Below are positions 29,622 to 38,668 of a stretch of 64,000 bases of DNA, one piece after another. Below the pieces are notes generated by a model. That model had not been told where the DNA came from. It saw nothing but the letters and a program-made list of their open reading frames with translations, and did no database searches. How positions within the stretch are numbered: the first letter of the stretch is position 1; the number at the start of each line of letters is the position of its first letter. The DNA comes from Spirochaetia bacterium (GTDB lineage Bacteria; Spirochaetota; Spirochaetia; SZUA-6; Bin103): positions 704,001 through 768,000 of the forward strand of contig CBDBOV010000004.1 of assembly GCA_965208575.1 (NCBI GenBank), read 5' to 3'. The translations under genes and the position numbers were made by a program.

Positions 29622-30719
29622 ATGCCCGACTCCGGCAGATCCGGCTCGCCGCTGCAGTCCCTGCCGGTTCCGCCGCCGGTGCGCCCCATGCTCGCCAGGC
29701 GGGTGGACGGCATCCCGGACGGCGACCGATGGCTGTTCGAGCCGAAGTGGGACGGTTTCCGCACGCTGGTGTTTCGCCACGGGGATGAGTTGCTGCTGCA
29801 GAGCCGCGACCTCAAGCCGATGAACCGCTACTTCCCGGAGTTGGCGGCGCCGCTGCTGGCACAGCTTCCGCAGCGCTGCGCGGTCGACGGCGAGCTGGTC
29901 ATCGCCGGCGCGGACGGCCTGGAGTTCGAGACCCTGCAGGCGCGCATCCATCCGGCCGCGTCGCGCGTGGCGATGCTGGCCGAGAAGACGCCCGCCTCCC
30001 TGGTGGTGTGGGACCTGCTGTGCCACGACGACCTCGACCTGACGGCGGCGCCGTTCCGCGAACGCCGCGAGCGGCTGCAACGCCTGCTCGCCGCGGCCCG
30101 CCCGCCGCTGCACCTCACGCCGATCACCGCCGCCCGCTCCGAGGCGGAGGACTGGTTCCGGCGCTTCGAGGGGGCCGGCCTGGACGGTGTGATGGCCAAG
30201 GATCCCGACGGCGCATACCTGGCGGGCAAGCGCGCCATGCTGAAGGTCAAGCACCGCCGCACCGCCGACTGCGTGGTGGCCGGACTGCGCTGGCATCGCG
30301 GCGCGCCCGAGGAGCGCGTCGGCTCGTTGCTGCTTGGGCTGTATGACGACGCGCGCCGGTTGCACCACATCGGCGTGATCGGCAGCTTCACCGCCGCTCG
30401 CCGGCGCGCGCTCGTGGAGGAGCTGCGTCCCTTCCGGACGACGGACGACGACCACCCGTGGCACGGCTGGAGCGGCGGCGGCTCGCAGCGCAGACCGGGC
30501 GCGGTGAGCCGCTGGAGCACCGGCAAGGACCTGAGCTGGGTGCCGTTGCGCCCGGGCCTGGTGGTGGAGGTGAGCTACGACCACATGCAGGGCAGCCGCC
30601 TGCGCCACACCGCCCAGTTCATCCGCTGGCGCCCGGACAAGAGCCCGGCCGAGTGCACCTACGACCAGCTCGAAGTCACCGCACCCTACGAGTTGCGGCG
30701 CATCTTCGGCGCCGTCTGA
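29622..30719 (+). CDS. ligC: ATP-dependent DNA ligase (LigC type)
   Basis: EPKWDGFR, RYFPEL, DGVMAK, KVKH.RTADCVV, SRWS.GKDLSW.PLRP, RWRPDK. Confidence 0.9.
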   Translation: MPDSGRSGSPLQSLPVPPPVRPMLARRVDGIPDGDRWLFEPKWDGFRTLVFRHGDELLLQSRDLKPMNRYFPELAAPLLAQLPQRCAVDGELVIAGADGLEFETLQARIHPAASRVAMLAEKTPASLVVWDLLCHDDLDLTAAPFRERRERLQRLLAAARPPLHLTPITAARSEAEDWFRRFEGAGLDGVMAKDPDGAYLAGKRAMLKVKHRRTADCVVAGLRWHRGAPEERVGSLLLGLYDDARRLHHIGVIGSFTAARRRALVEELRPFRTTDDDHPWHGWSGGGSQRRPGAVSRWSTGKDLSWVPLRPGLVVEVSYDHMQGSRLRHTAQFIRWRPDKSPAECTYDQLEVTAPYELRRIFGAV

Positions 30720-30756
30720 GCAGCCTGGTCGCCGATACTCTCAAGGTCAGCCTCGC

Positions 30757-32205
30757 CTACTCCGGCTCCGCGAGCCAGCGCTCGATCCTGGCGCCGATGT
30801 CGATGTCGCACGCGCCGGCCGCGGACTCGACAGCCGGGTCGGACCGCACGCGACGGATCGGTTCCGCCCTGATCCGCTCGCGGCTCCGGTACACGAGCAG
30901 GCACCCGGTGGGTGGTTCGCGCGCGTCGCCGCTCCTGTCGAGGACGACGTACCGGTATGCCCCCGTGGTAAACAGGTAGTAGAGCCCGGCGCGGCCGCCC
31001 ACCTCCTCGATCACTCTGCCCTCGCCCAGCAACAGATCGGGGTCGCCATCCGGCGAGGTTTCCACGCGCCAGGAAGCATAGCGCGGCCTGCTGCCCACCT
31101 GGTCGATTCTGATGCGGTGCGAAGGGCCGACCCACTCCAGGAGGCGAGTGTCCCGCGACTCCGACTCGCCGCCGCGCATCTGTGCCGCCTGCCCGCCTGC
31201 GCCGACGAGCGACGGGTTGCCGGACAGATCGAGAACAAGGTCGACGCGCCCGCGCAGCGACGCCGGAACGACACCCTCGAGATCGTTGTCGGCAAGATTC
31301 ATCACCTCGAGCCGGGTCAGGTCGTGAACCGTGATGGGCGGGATTGTGCCGTCCAGCTTGTTGCCGGACAGGTCCAGCGCTTCCAGGCTGGCAAGCGCGG
31401 CCAACCGGTCCGGTATCGGTCCGCTGAGTACGTTACCCCCGAGATCGAGCCTCTCGAGGTCGGACAGATTGCCGAGATCGGCCGGAATCGGCCCGCTCAG
31501 CCGATTGTAACTGAGATCGAGGCTCTCCAACTCGGCCAGATAGCCAATGGCGCCGGGAATGCGACCACTCAGCTTGTTGCCGGACAAGGACAGTGTCTGC
31601 AGATCGGCGAGTGCGCCCAGCTCGCTCGGTATGACGCCGCTCAGCTCGTTGTAGCGCAGGTCGAGCACCTCCAGGTCGGCAAGGCTGCCCAGTTCGCTCG
31701 GTATGCTCCCGGTCAGCGCGTTACCGGCGAGATCCAGCGTCTCCAGGTCGGCGAGGAGTCCCAATTCCGCCCGGATCGCTCCGCTCAGTTCGTTGTGCGA
31801 CAGGTCCAGCATCTCGAGGTCGGACAGGGCGGCCAGCGCAGCCGGGATGCTGCCGCTGAGCCGGTTGTGGGCGAGGTCGAGCCGCTCCAGTTCGGAGAGG
31901 CGGCCAAGCTCGACCGGAATTTCGCCGTCCAGCCGCCGCCACGGAAGCGACACGTGAGTCACTCGCATGACCGACGCATCCACCGTGACGCCGTCCCACT
32001 CAGCGAGCTGCAGGTGCGCGCTCCAGTTCAGCCCGCCATCGCCGGTCCACCGTTCGCTCGCCGCCAGCAGCGCCGCGCAATCCGCCAGCAGGCCGGGATT
32101 GCCGTGCCGATCGGCAACCGCCGGCCCGGTCGCGCAGTCGGCTTCGGCCGTGCCGATGGCTGCCCCGGCGAGCAGCAAGCCGCCGGCGGCGACCCACGCC
32201 CGCAT
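30757..32205 (-). CDS. Secreted leucine-rich repeat protein (plant-type 24-aa LRRs) with additional C-terminal domain
   Basis: Signal-like N-terminus from ATG 32205; LRR cap (LNWS..WDGVT); about 10 repeats LxxLxxLDLSxNxLSGxIP. Confidence 0.88.
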   Translation of the reverse strand: MRAWVAAGGLLLAGAAIGTAEADCATGPAVADRHGNPGLLADCAALLAASERWTGDGGLNWSAHLQLAEWDGVTVDASVMRVTHVSLPWRRLDGEIPVELGRLSELERLDLAHNRLSGSIPAALAALSDLEMLDLSHNELSGAIRAELGLLADLETLDLAGNALTGSIPSELGSLADLEVLDLRYNELSGVIPSELGALADLQTLSLSGNKLSGRIPGAIGYLAELESLDLSYNRLSGPIPADLGNLSDLERLDLGGNVLSGPIPDRLAALASLEALDLSGNKLDGTIPPITVHDLTRLEVMNLADNDLEGVVPASLRGRVDLVLDLSGNPSLVGAGGQAAQMRGGESESRDTRLLEWVGPSHRIRIDQVGSRPRYASWRVETSPDGDPDLLLGEGRVIEEVGGRAGLYYLFTTGAYRYVVLDRSGDAREPPTGCLLVYRSRERIRAEPIRRVRSDPAVESAAGACDIDIGARIERWLAEPE

Positions 32206-32439
32206 GCCGCCGGTGCGTCCGCCCCACCGGGAAATGCTCCGCTTCCGAGTCCACGCGCCCACTGCATGAACCGTGCCCGAGAACGTACATAAACGCAACG
32301 TCCATAAACGCGAAACGCGACGTCCGGGACGCTGCCGCACTTTGCGAACCGGTGGCCGCCTGCGTGGTGTAGTCGGTGCCGGCGGCGGTGTCGCCGGCGT
32401 GCGCACAATCGGCGGTGAGTGGTATAGACTCGGCCTGGT

Positions 32440-33048
32440 ATGAACAGCCCGAAGGTGGTGACCGGGGGCGGCAGTCACTTCTTTGCCTACCTGTCGCGAA
32501 TGAAGTTCATCCACCGGTGGGGCCTGATGCGCAACACGCAGGTCGAGAACATCCAGGAGCACAGCCTGCAGGTGGCGATGATCGCGCACGCGCTGGCGCT
32601 GATCCGCAACCGGCTGTTCGCGGGCAGCCTCGATCCCGAGCGGGTGATGGTCCTGGCGGTGTTTCACGAGGTCAGCGAGGTGATCACCGGCGACTTCCCG
32701 AGCCCGCTGAAGTACTTCAACCCGGAGATCAGCCGTGCCTACTCCGAGATCGAGCAGGTCGCGAGCCGCAAGTTGTGGGACATGATTCCGCGCGATCTGC
32801 AGCCCGATTATCGCTCGGTGCTGTTCCGGGAGGCGGGCGACGCGGACGCCTGGGAGCTGGTGAAGGCCGCCGACAAGGTCAGCGCCTACACCAAGTGCCT
32901 GGAAGAGCTGAAGGCGGGAAACCAGGAATTCGCCAAGGCCAAGGACAGCCTGGAGCGGGAGATTGCCGACCTGGGGCAGCCCGAGGTCGACTACTTCATG
33001 CGCGAGTTCGTGCACAGCTTCACCCTCGCCCTCGACGAACTGAACTGA
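32440..33048 (+). CDS. yfbR: 5'-deoxynucleotidase (HD domain)
   Basis: SHFFAYLSRMKFIHRWGLMRN, EHSLQVA, KAADK, GNQEF. Confidence 0.9.
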   Translation: MNSPKVVTGGGSHFFAYLSRMKFIHRWGLMRNTQVENIQEHSLQVAMIAHALALIRNRLFAGSLDPERVMVLAVFHEVSEVITGDFPSPLKYFNPEISRAYSEIEQVASRKLWDMIPRDLQPDYRSVLFREAGDADAWELVKAADKVSAYTKCLEELKAGNQEFAKAKDSLEREIADLGQPEVDYFMREFVHSFTLALDELN

Positions 33049-33117
33049 CTGCGGTCGAGGCAGTAAAGCCGGCCGTTGCCATGCAAGACGCCAAGCACGT
33101 GCGACCGTGACGCCGGC

Positions 33118-33215
33118 ATGCTGGTGGAGTTTCAACGCAAGCGAATCGAGTTGCCGAGTGCACGGTTCGGCTATCTGCGCGACAGCACCGATGCGCTGGA
33201 CGACGCCCGCTCGAT
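33118..33215 (+). pseudogene. Possible N-terminal fragment of a phytanoyl-CoA dioxygenase-like gene
   Basis: MLVEFQRKRIELPSARFGYLRDSTDALDD resembles PhyH-family N-termini (LRDS..LLDD); similarity then stops. Confidence 0.4.
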
Positions 33216-33286
33216 CGCCTGTGGCCGAGGCGAGCCAGCGTCGGGGCGTGTAGCGCGCCGGCGCCGGACGGCACGCCGCGAGGGTG

Positions 33287-34726
33287 CTACAACTCGGCCA
33301 ACCTGCGGTTCAGCCACTCCACCATCGGGCCCACCTGCGCGCCGGTGTGCTCGACCATGGTGCCGGGCAGCGGCTGGCCGATCAGCGCCTCCAGCTCGAC
33401 GCGGCAGCCGGCGACCACTTCGGGATGCTCGGCGGCGACGTTGCGGCGCTCTTCCGGGTCGCGGCCCAGGTCGAACAGTTCGTCGCCCTCCTCGTCTTCG
33501 TAGCCGACCGCCGTGCAGTAGTTCCAGCGGTCGTCGCGCACGCTGGCGCGGCCGCGCGCGCGGCCCTCGGTTCCCATCTCGGCCCAGCCGTTGATGATCC
33601 GTTCCCGGATCGCCGCCTTCTCGCCGGTCACCAGCGGCCACAGGTCCTCGCCGTCAGTCCAATCGCAGGGGATCTCCAGCAGTGACAGGATGGTCGGCAT
33701 CAGGTCGTGGTTCTGCACCAGCGCGGTGACGTCGCGGTCGGTCGGTCCGCCGGGATGGCGCATGCACAGGTTCAACTGGGTGTTGAACGGATGCAGTTGC
33801 TTCGCCGACTTGCCGAAGCCGCCGCGGTCGCGAAGCTGCGTGCCGTGGTCGGTCAGGAAGATCACCAGCGTGTCGTCGAACAGCCGTAACTCGTCGAGCT
33901 TGTTCAGCAGCACGCCCACCCACTTGTCCACGAACGTGACCTCGCCCAGGTAGAGCGCCTCGATGCGGCGCAGTTCCTCCTCCGCGGGGTTGCCGCCTTC
34001 CCACACCGCCGGCGGCACGATGAAGTCCTTGCCCTCGTAGCCGGGGCAGTACAGGTCGGCATACGCCGGCGGGGGGTCGAACGGCTCGTGCGGATCGAAG
34101 CTGTCGATCCACAGGAAGAACGGCGCCATGGTGTGGTTGTCCTGCAGCCAGTCGCTCGCGGCGCGGAACACGCGCGCGCAACTGTAGTCGTCCTCCGATG
34201 TGCGGTGACGCTGGTTGAGCAGGTAGTTGACCAGGGAGGCGTGGCGCGGCCAGTCGATCGGCTCGCGCACGTGACGGCGGAGTTGCGCCTCGATCAGCCG
34301 CGGGTCGCCGCTTTTCCAGTTGTCCGTTTCCTGCCCGCGCACGAAATCGAGGTGGGCGAAGCCGCGCGAGAAGTTCACCGTCGGCTTGAACATGTGATAG
34401 GTGTCGGCGATCAGCGCGGTGAGGTAGCCGCGCGCGAGCAGCACCTCGGCGAGGGTCTCCTGGCCGGGCGGGATCTTGTGCCACCCCGGCAGGTGGGGCC
34501 ACAGTCCGCGGCGGTCGCAGTGGTAGCGGAACGGGAAGCTGCGCTGGCCGGTGAACAGCCCGCGGCGTATCTGCAGGGTGGGCTGGCACTCGCCGAAGGC
34601 GCGCGTGAACCGGACGCTGCCGGCGGCGAACTCATCGAGGTTGGGGGTGTGCGCGTGGCTGTAGCGTTTGCCCTCGCCGACGATGTCGGCGCGGAAGGTA
34701 TCGAGGCAGATGCAGACGACGTTCAT
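33287..34726 (-). CDS. Sulfatase-like hydrolase (alkaline phosphatase superfamily)
   Basis: CLDTFRAD, TPNLD, FDPHEPFDPP, TDHG, ELFDL..DP.E. Confidence 0.9.
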   Translation of the reverse strand: MNVVCICLDTFRADIVGEGKRYSHAHTPNLDEFAAGSVRFTRAFGECQPTLQIRRGLFTGQRSFPFRYHCDRRGLWPHLPGWHKIPPGQETLAEVLLARGYLTALIADTYHMFKPTVNFSRGFAHLDFVRGQETDNWKSGDPRLIEAQLRRHVREPIDWPRHASLVNYLLNQRHRTSEDDYSCARVFRAASDWLQDNHTMAPFFLWIDSFDPHEPFDPPPAYADLYCPGYEGKDFIVPPAVWEGGNPAEEELRRIEALYLGEVTFVDKWVGVLLNKLDELRLFDDTLVIFLTDHGTQLRDRGGFGKSAKQLHPFNTQLNLCMRHPGGPTDRDVTALVQNHDLMPTILSLLEIPCDWTDGEDLWPLVTGEKAAIRERIINGWAEMGTEGRARGRASVRDDRWNYCTAVGYEDEEGDELFDLGRDPEERRNVAAEHPEVVAGCRVELEALIGQPLPGTMVEHTGAQVGPMVEWLNRRLAEL

Positions 34727-34790
34727 GCCCTCAAGACGCTAAGCGAGACCGCGGGCACGGTCAACGCAACCGGATTCAGGTTAGTTCAGG

Positions 34791-35627
34791 TTACGACAGC
34801 AGCGGTTCCTCGCCGCGGCGCTCGCGGTAGCCGGCCACCAGGATGTTGGAGAGCCCGGTGTTTCTGCCGTTGCTCTGGCCGTTGTGCGGGTGCCGGTAGC
34901 CGACGCGCACCATGCGCCGGGTGCGGTCGGTGGCGTTGATGTAGGAGCCGTGCACGGTGTAGTAGCTGAACACCACCACGTCGCCGCGCCGCGCCGGCAC
35001 CGCGACCGAATCGGTGAGCCGATACCGGTCGGTCGGCAGGTGCGGCGCCGACGGCTCTTTCTCGGTGCCGGTGATGTGCGGCAGCGGCCCCTGCTTGTGG
35101 GAGCCGGCCAGGAAGCGGATCTCGCCGTTGTCGTGGCAGGTGTCGTCGAGGTGGACCAGCACGTCCAGGTAGCGCCCGTCGTCGTGCGGGTAGAAGGGAT
35201 GATCCTGGTGCATCGGAAACGGCTGGCCGCCCGGCGGCTTGTTGTGCATCACCGAGTGGTGCAACTCGATGTCGGGCCCGAGGAGCTGCACCAGGCACGC
35301 CACCAGCTTCGGGTTGCTCACCGCCGCCAGCCACGGCTGCGAGTAGCAGTGCAGCTCGTGCATCGCCTCCAGGCTCGCCGTCTTTTCGGTCTCCTCGTCC
35401 ATGTAGACCTTGCGCCAGGGGCCGCTCCAGCGCTTGTCCACGGTAGCCCACTCGCGCGCCAGCCGGTCGAGGTCGTCCGCCTGCGCCTGGCTCTCGGCGG
35501 GCGTGAACACCTCTTCGATGCGCAGATAACCGTGCTCGTGATAGAACTCCACCTCCGCCCGGCTCAGTGGTCCGGTGCCGGCGGCGGTGCCGTTCGAGGT
35601 CGCGCTGACCTGCGTTTCCGTTGCCAT
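34791..35627 (-). CDS. Phytanoyl-CoA dioxygenase family protein
   Basis: FYHEHGYL, HQD, GSH, HGS..N motifs. Confidence 0.9.
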   Translation of the reverse strand: MATETQVSATSNGTAAGTGPLSRAEVEFYHEHGYLRIEEVFTPAESQAQADDLDRLAREWATVDKRWSGPWRKVYMDEETEKTASLEAMHELHCYSQPWLAAVSNPKLVACLVQLLGPDIELHHSVMHNKPPGGQPFPMHQDHPFYPHDDGRYLDVLVHLDDTCHDNGEIRFLAGSHKQGPLPHITGTEKEPSAPHLPTDRYRLTDSVAVPARRGDVVVFSYYTVHGSYINATDRTRRMVRVGYRHPHNGQSNGRNTGLSNILVAGYRERRGEEPLLS

Positions 35628-35728
35628 ACCGGCCACCCTATCGCTCGGTGCGGTTCTGCGCAACCGCCGGCGATGTCGTCGATTACGGCGATGGCACGGC
35701 ACGCCGCGGCGGGCCCATGATGCGCGCC

Positions 35729-35790
35729 ATGGCGCCGCGCGCACGAAACATCCTCCTCGTCACCTCCGACCAAGAACGACCTGATCCGCA
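35729..35790 (+). pseudogene. Possible N-terminal stub of a sulfatase
   Basis: MAPRARNILLVTSDQERPD matches the sulfatase start motif NIL.I..DQ.R.D; similarity then stops. Confidence 0.45.
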
Positions 35791-35880
35791 AGCTGCCGCA
35801 CGCGGAACTGGGCCGGGAGCCGCTGCCGATGCCGCGCGCCGCGGGCGCGTAGCCGGTCTCGGGAACACACGCGTGGTGGC

Positions 35881-36978
35881 CTACGGCGGCACCAGCACGA
35901 GCTTGCCGGTGAATCGCTTGGCGAGGAAGTCGGTCTGCGCGGCGACGATGTCCGCCAGCGGATAGGTGTTCGCCACCACCGGCCGGACCTCCCCGCGCTC
36001 GATGTAGGACACGAGGCTCTCGAAGACGCCCTCGTCCTGAACCGTGCAGCCGATCAGGGTCAGGTCACGCAGGTACAGCGTGCGCAGGTCCAACGGGCCG
36101 ACCGGACCGGCGATGGCGCCCGAGCAGACGTAGCGCCCTCCCCTCCGCAACACGTCAAGCAGCCGGGACCAGCGCTCGCCGCCGACCACGTCCACCACGA
36201 GGTCGAGGTTGCCGGCTCCGACACTCGCAACCACATCGGCGCCGCGGTCGATCACCTCGTCGGCGCCGAGAGCCTGCACCGCGCCCTTCTTCGCTGCGCT
36301 CGCCTGCGCAATCACGTGCGCCCCGCGGCGCTTGGCAAGCTGCACCGCGGCGCTGCCGACACCCCCTGACGCCCCTGTCACCAGCACGCGCTCGGAGCCG
36401 AGGCCGGCACGCCGCAGCATGTTCTCGGCGGTGGAGTAGGCGCACGGCATCGAAGCAAGCTCGACGCTGCTCCAGCCGCACCGGACGCGATAGGTCTCTC
36501 GGGACGGTGCTTTGGCGTACTGTGCGAATGCGCCGTCGACCTCCGATCCCAACGTATCTGCTTCGAACGGGCGATACCCGCGGTAATGGCGCAGCAGCGG
36601 CGCCACGACCACGCGCTCCCCGATCCTGCTGCGTGCCACGCCCTCGCCTGCCGCAACGATGTGGCCGCAGCAATCGGCGCCCTGTATGCGCGGAAACCGG
36701 AGCGGCGCTCCCTGCCAGCTCGCCCCGCCGGATCCATGCGATGCGGCGGCGTCCGCGCCCGCCCTGCCGGACGTCGGCGCTGCCTTCGCGTACCACCCGG
36801 TCCGCGTATTGATGTCGGTATTGTTGACTGCGGCCGCGGCGACCCGGATCAGCACCTCACCGGCCCCGGGACGCGGCACCGGGACGTCGGTTCGATACTC
36901 GAGGCGATCGAAGCCGCCATGACCGGTCAGCAGCACCGCGCACATCCGCTCGGGAATGTTGGCGGCGCCGTCAGCCAT
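35881..36978 (-). CDS. Medium-chain alcohol dehydrogenase/quinone reductase family protein
   Basis: VNNTDINTR.GWY, FPRIQGAD, TGASGGVG, GAIAGP, GKLVL. Confidence 0.9.
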   Translation of the reverse strand: MADGAANIPERMCAVLLTGHGGFDRLEYRTDVPVPRPGAGEVLIRVAAAAVNNTDINTRTGWYAKAAPTSGRAGADAAASHGSGGASWQGAPLRFPRIQGADCCGHIVAAGEGVARSRIGERVVVAPLLRHYRGYRPFEADTLGSEVDGAFAQYAKAPSRETYRVRCGWSSVELASMPCAYSTAENMLRRAGLGSERVLVTGASGGVGSAAVQLAKRRGAHVIAQASAAKKGAVQALGADEVIDRGADVVASVGAGNLDLVVDVVGGERWSRLLDVLRRGGRYVCSGAIAGPVGPLDLRTLYLRDLTLIGCTVQDEGVFESLVSYIERGEVRPVVANTYPLADIVAAQTDFLAKRFTGKLVLVPP

Positions 36979-38668
36979 CGCGGCCGTAGATGTCCCGGGC
37001 GCGCTGTTCGCCGATCAGGCCCTCTTCCACATCGTGATCTACCGCCCCCGCGGGGCGCTGCCTCGGATCGCCCCAGCCGCCGCCGCCGGGGGTCTCGACG
37101 CGGAACAGGTCGCCCCGGCCCAGCTCCGCCACCACCTTGGTCGGCACCTCGCGTACGCTGCCGTCTGGCGAAGTGACGTAGGCGTGCGCCCCGGCGGCGT
37201 GGTGGCCGCCGTCCAGGCCCCAGGGCGTGAAGCGGCGCCGGTCGGAGCCCATGCTGACCACGGTGCGCTCGGCCAGGCAGCGCAGCTCGCGCATCATGCC
37301 GCAGCCGCCGCGCTGGCGGCCCGCTCCCTCGGTATCGGGCAGCAGGCCGTAGCGCACCACTTCCAGCGGATAGGTGCTCTCGATCACCTCCACGGTGGCA
37401 TTGCGGGTATTGGTCAGGTGGGTGTGCACGCCGTCGTCGCCGTCCAGGTCGTGGGAAGCGCCCTGGCCGCCGGCGTAGGTCTCCACGTAGTTGTAGTAGA
37501 TCCCCTCGGTGGGCCCGGGGCGGCTGTCGATGCCGCCGATGTTGATCAGGTTCATTTCGCCGCTGCAGGCGGCGCACACCCGCTCCGGCACGCACTGCGC
37601 GAGCGCCCCCATCAGCACGTCCACGACGCGTTGATCGGTGAGGATGTTGGCCTGGCCGATGGCGGCCGGGTAGGCCGCCTGCAGGATGCTGCCCTCGGGG
37701 GCGTGCACGTGGATCGGGCGGTAGGAGCCGGCGCAGGTGGGCAGGTCGGGGTCGATCACCGCCTTGCAGGTGTAGTAGACCGCGGCCTGCGCGGCACTGA
37801 TGCGCGCGTTGAGCGGGCCGAGCACCTGGCCGCTGCTGCCGGTGAAGTCGGCGGTCAACTCGTCGGCGGCAATGCGGATCGCCACGGCGATCTTCACCGG
37901 TTCGTCGGTGACGCCGTCGTCGTCGAGGAGGTCCTCGAACCGGTAGGTGCCGTCGGGCAGCTCCGCGATGCCGGCGCGCATGCAGCGCTCGGCGTGGTCG
38001 AGAATCTCCTGCATGTACCGAACCACCTCGCTCGCGTCGACGCGCTCAAGGAGCTCGCCGACCCGCTGCTCGGCCTTCCTGGCCACCGCGTACTGCGCCA
38101 TCAGGTCGCCGCGCACCTCGTAGTCGGTACGCACGTTCTGCTCGATCAGGCGCAGCAGGTTGTCGTCGAAGCGGCCCTGCCGCACCAGCGGCAGCGGCGG
38201 GATCTGCAGCCCCTCCTGGTAGATCTCGGTGACGCCGAACGGCATGCTGCCGGGCGCGTAGCCGCCCATGTCGACGTGGTGGGCGGTGGAGGCGGCGAGC
38301 GCAATCGGCTGTCCGTCGTGAAAGATCGGCGACACCAGCGACAGGTCGGGCAGATGGCCCGGCCCCTCCGGGTACGGGAGGTTGGTGCCGTACACGTCGC
38401 CGGGCCGCATCTGCCGCACCGGGTAGCGCGCCAGGATGGCCCGGATCACGCCCGGCATCACGCCCAGGTGCAGCGGTGTGCCCACCTCGGCCTGCGCCAC
38501 GATCTCGCCGTTCGGCATCGCCAGCGCCGCCGAGCAGTCGCGGCGGTCCTTGATGTTGGTGGAGTGGCTGGCGCGCACCAAGGCGGCGCAGCACTCTTCG
38601 GCGATCCCCTTCCAGCGGTTGCGCATGATCTCGAGGGTGACGGGATCGATGCGGCACGGCGCACTCAC
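36971..38668 (-). CDS. Hydantoinase B/oxoprolinase family protein
   Basis: IDPVTLEI, S.NIKDRRDCS, HLPD, HHVDMGG, EIYQEG, TPGGGGWGDP. Confidence 0.92.
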   Translation of the reverse strand: MSAPCRIDPVTLEIMRNRWKGIAEECCAALVRASHSTNIKDRRDCSAALAMPNGEIVAQAEVGTPLHLGVMPGVIRAILARYPVRQMRPGDVYGTNLPYPEGPGHLPDLSLVSPIFHDGQPIALAASTAHHVDMGGYAPGSMPFGVTEIYQEGLQIPPLPLVRQGRFDDNLLRLIEQNVRTDYEVRGDLMAQYAVARKAEQRVGELLERVDASEVVRYMQEILDHAERCMRAGIAELPDGTYRFEDLLDDDGVTDEPVKIAVAIRIAADELTADFTGSSGQVLGPLNARISAAQAAVYYTCKAVIDPDLPTCAGSYRPIHVHAPEGSILQAAYPAAIGQANILTDQRVVDVLMGALAQCVPERVCAACSGEMNLINIGGIDSRPGPTEGIYYNYVETYAGGQGASHDLDGDDGVHTHLTNTRNATVEVIESTYPLEVVRYGLLPDTEGAGRQRGGCGMMRELRCLAERTVVSMGSDRRRFTPWGLDGGHHAAGAHAYVTSPDGSVREVPTKVVAELGRGDLFRVETPGGGGWGDPRQRPAGAVDHDVEEGLIGEQRARDIYGRDG

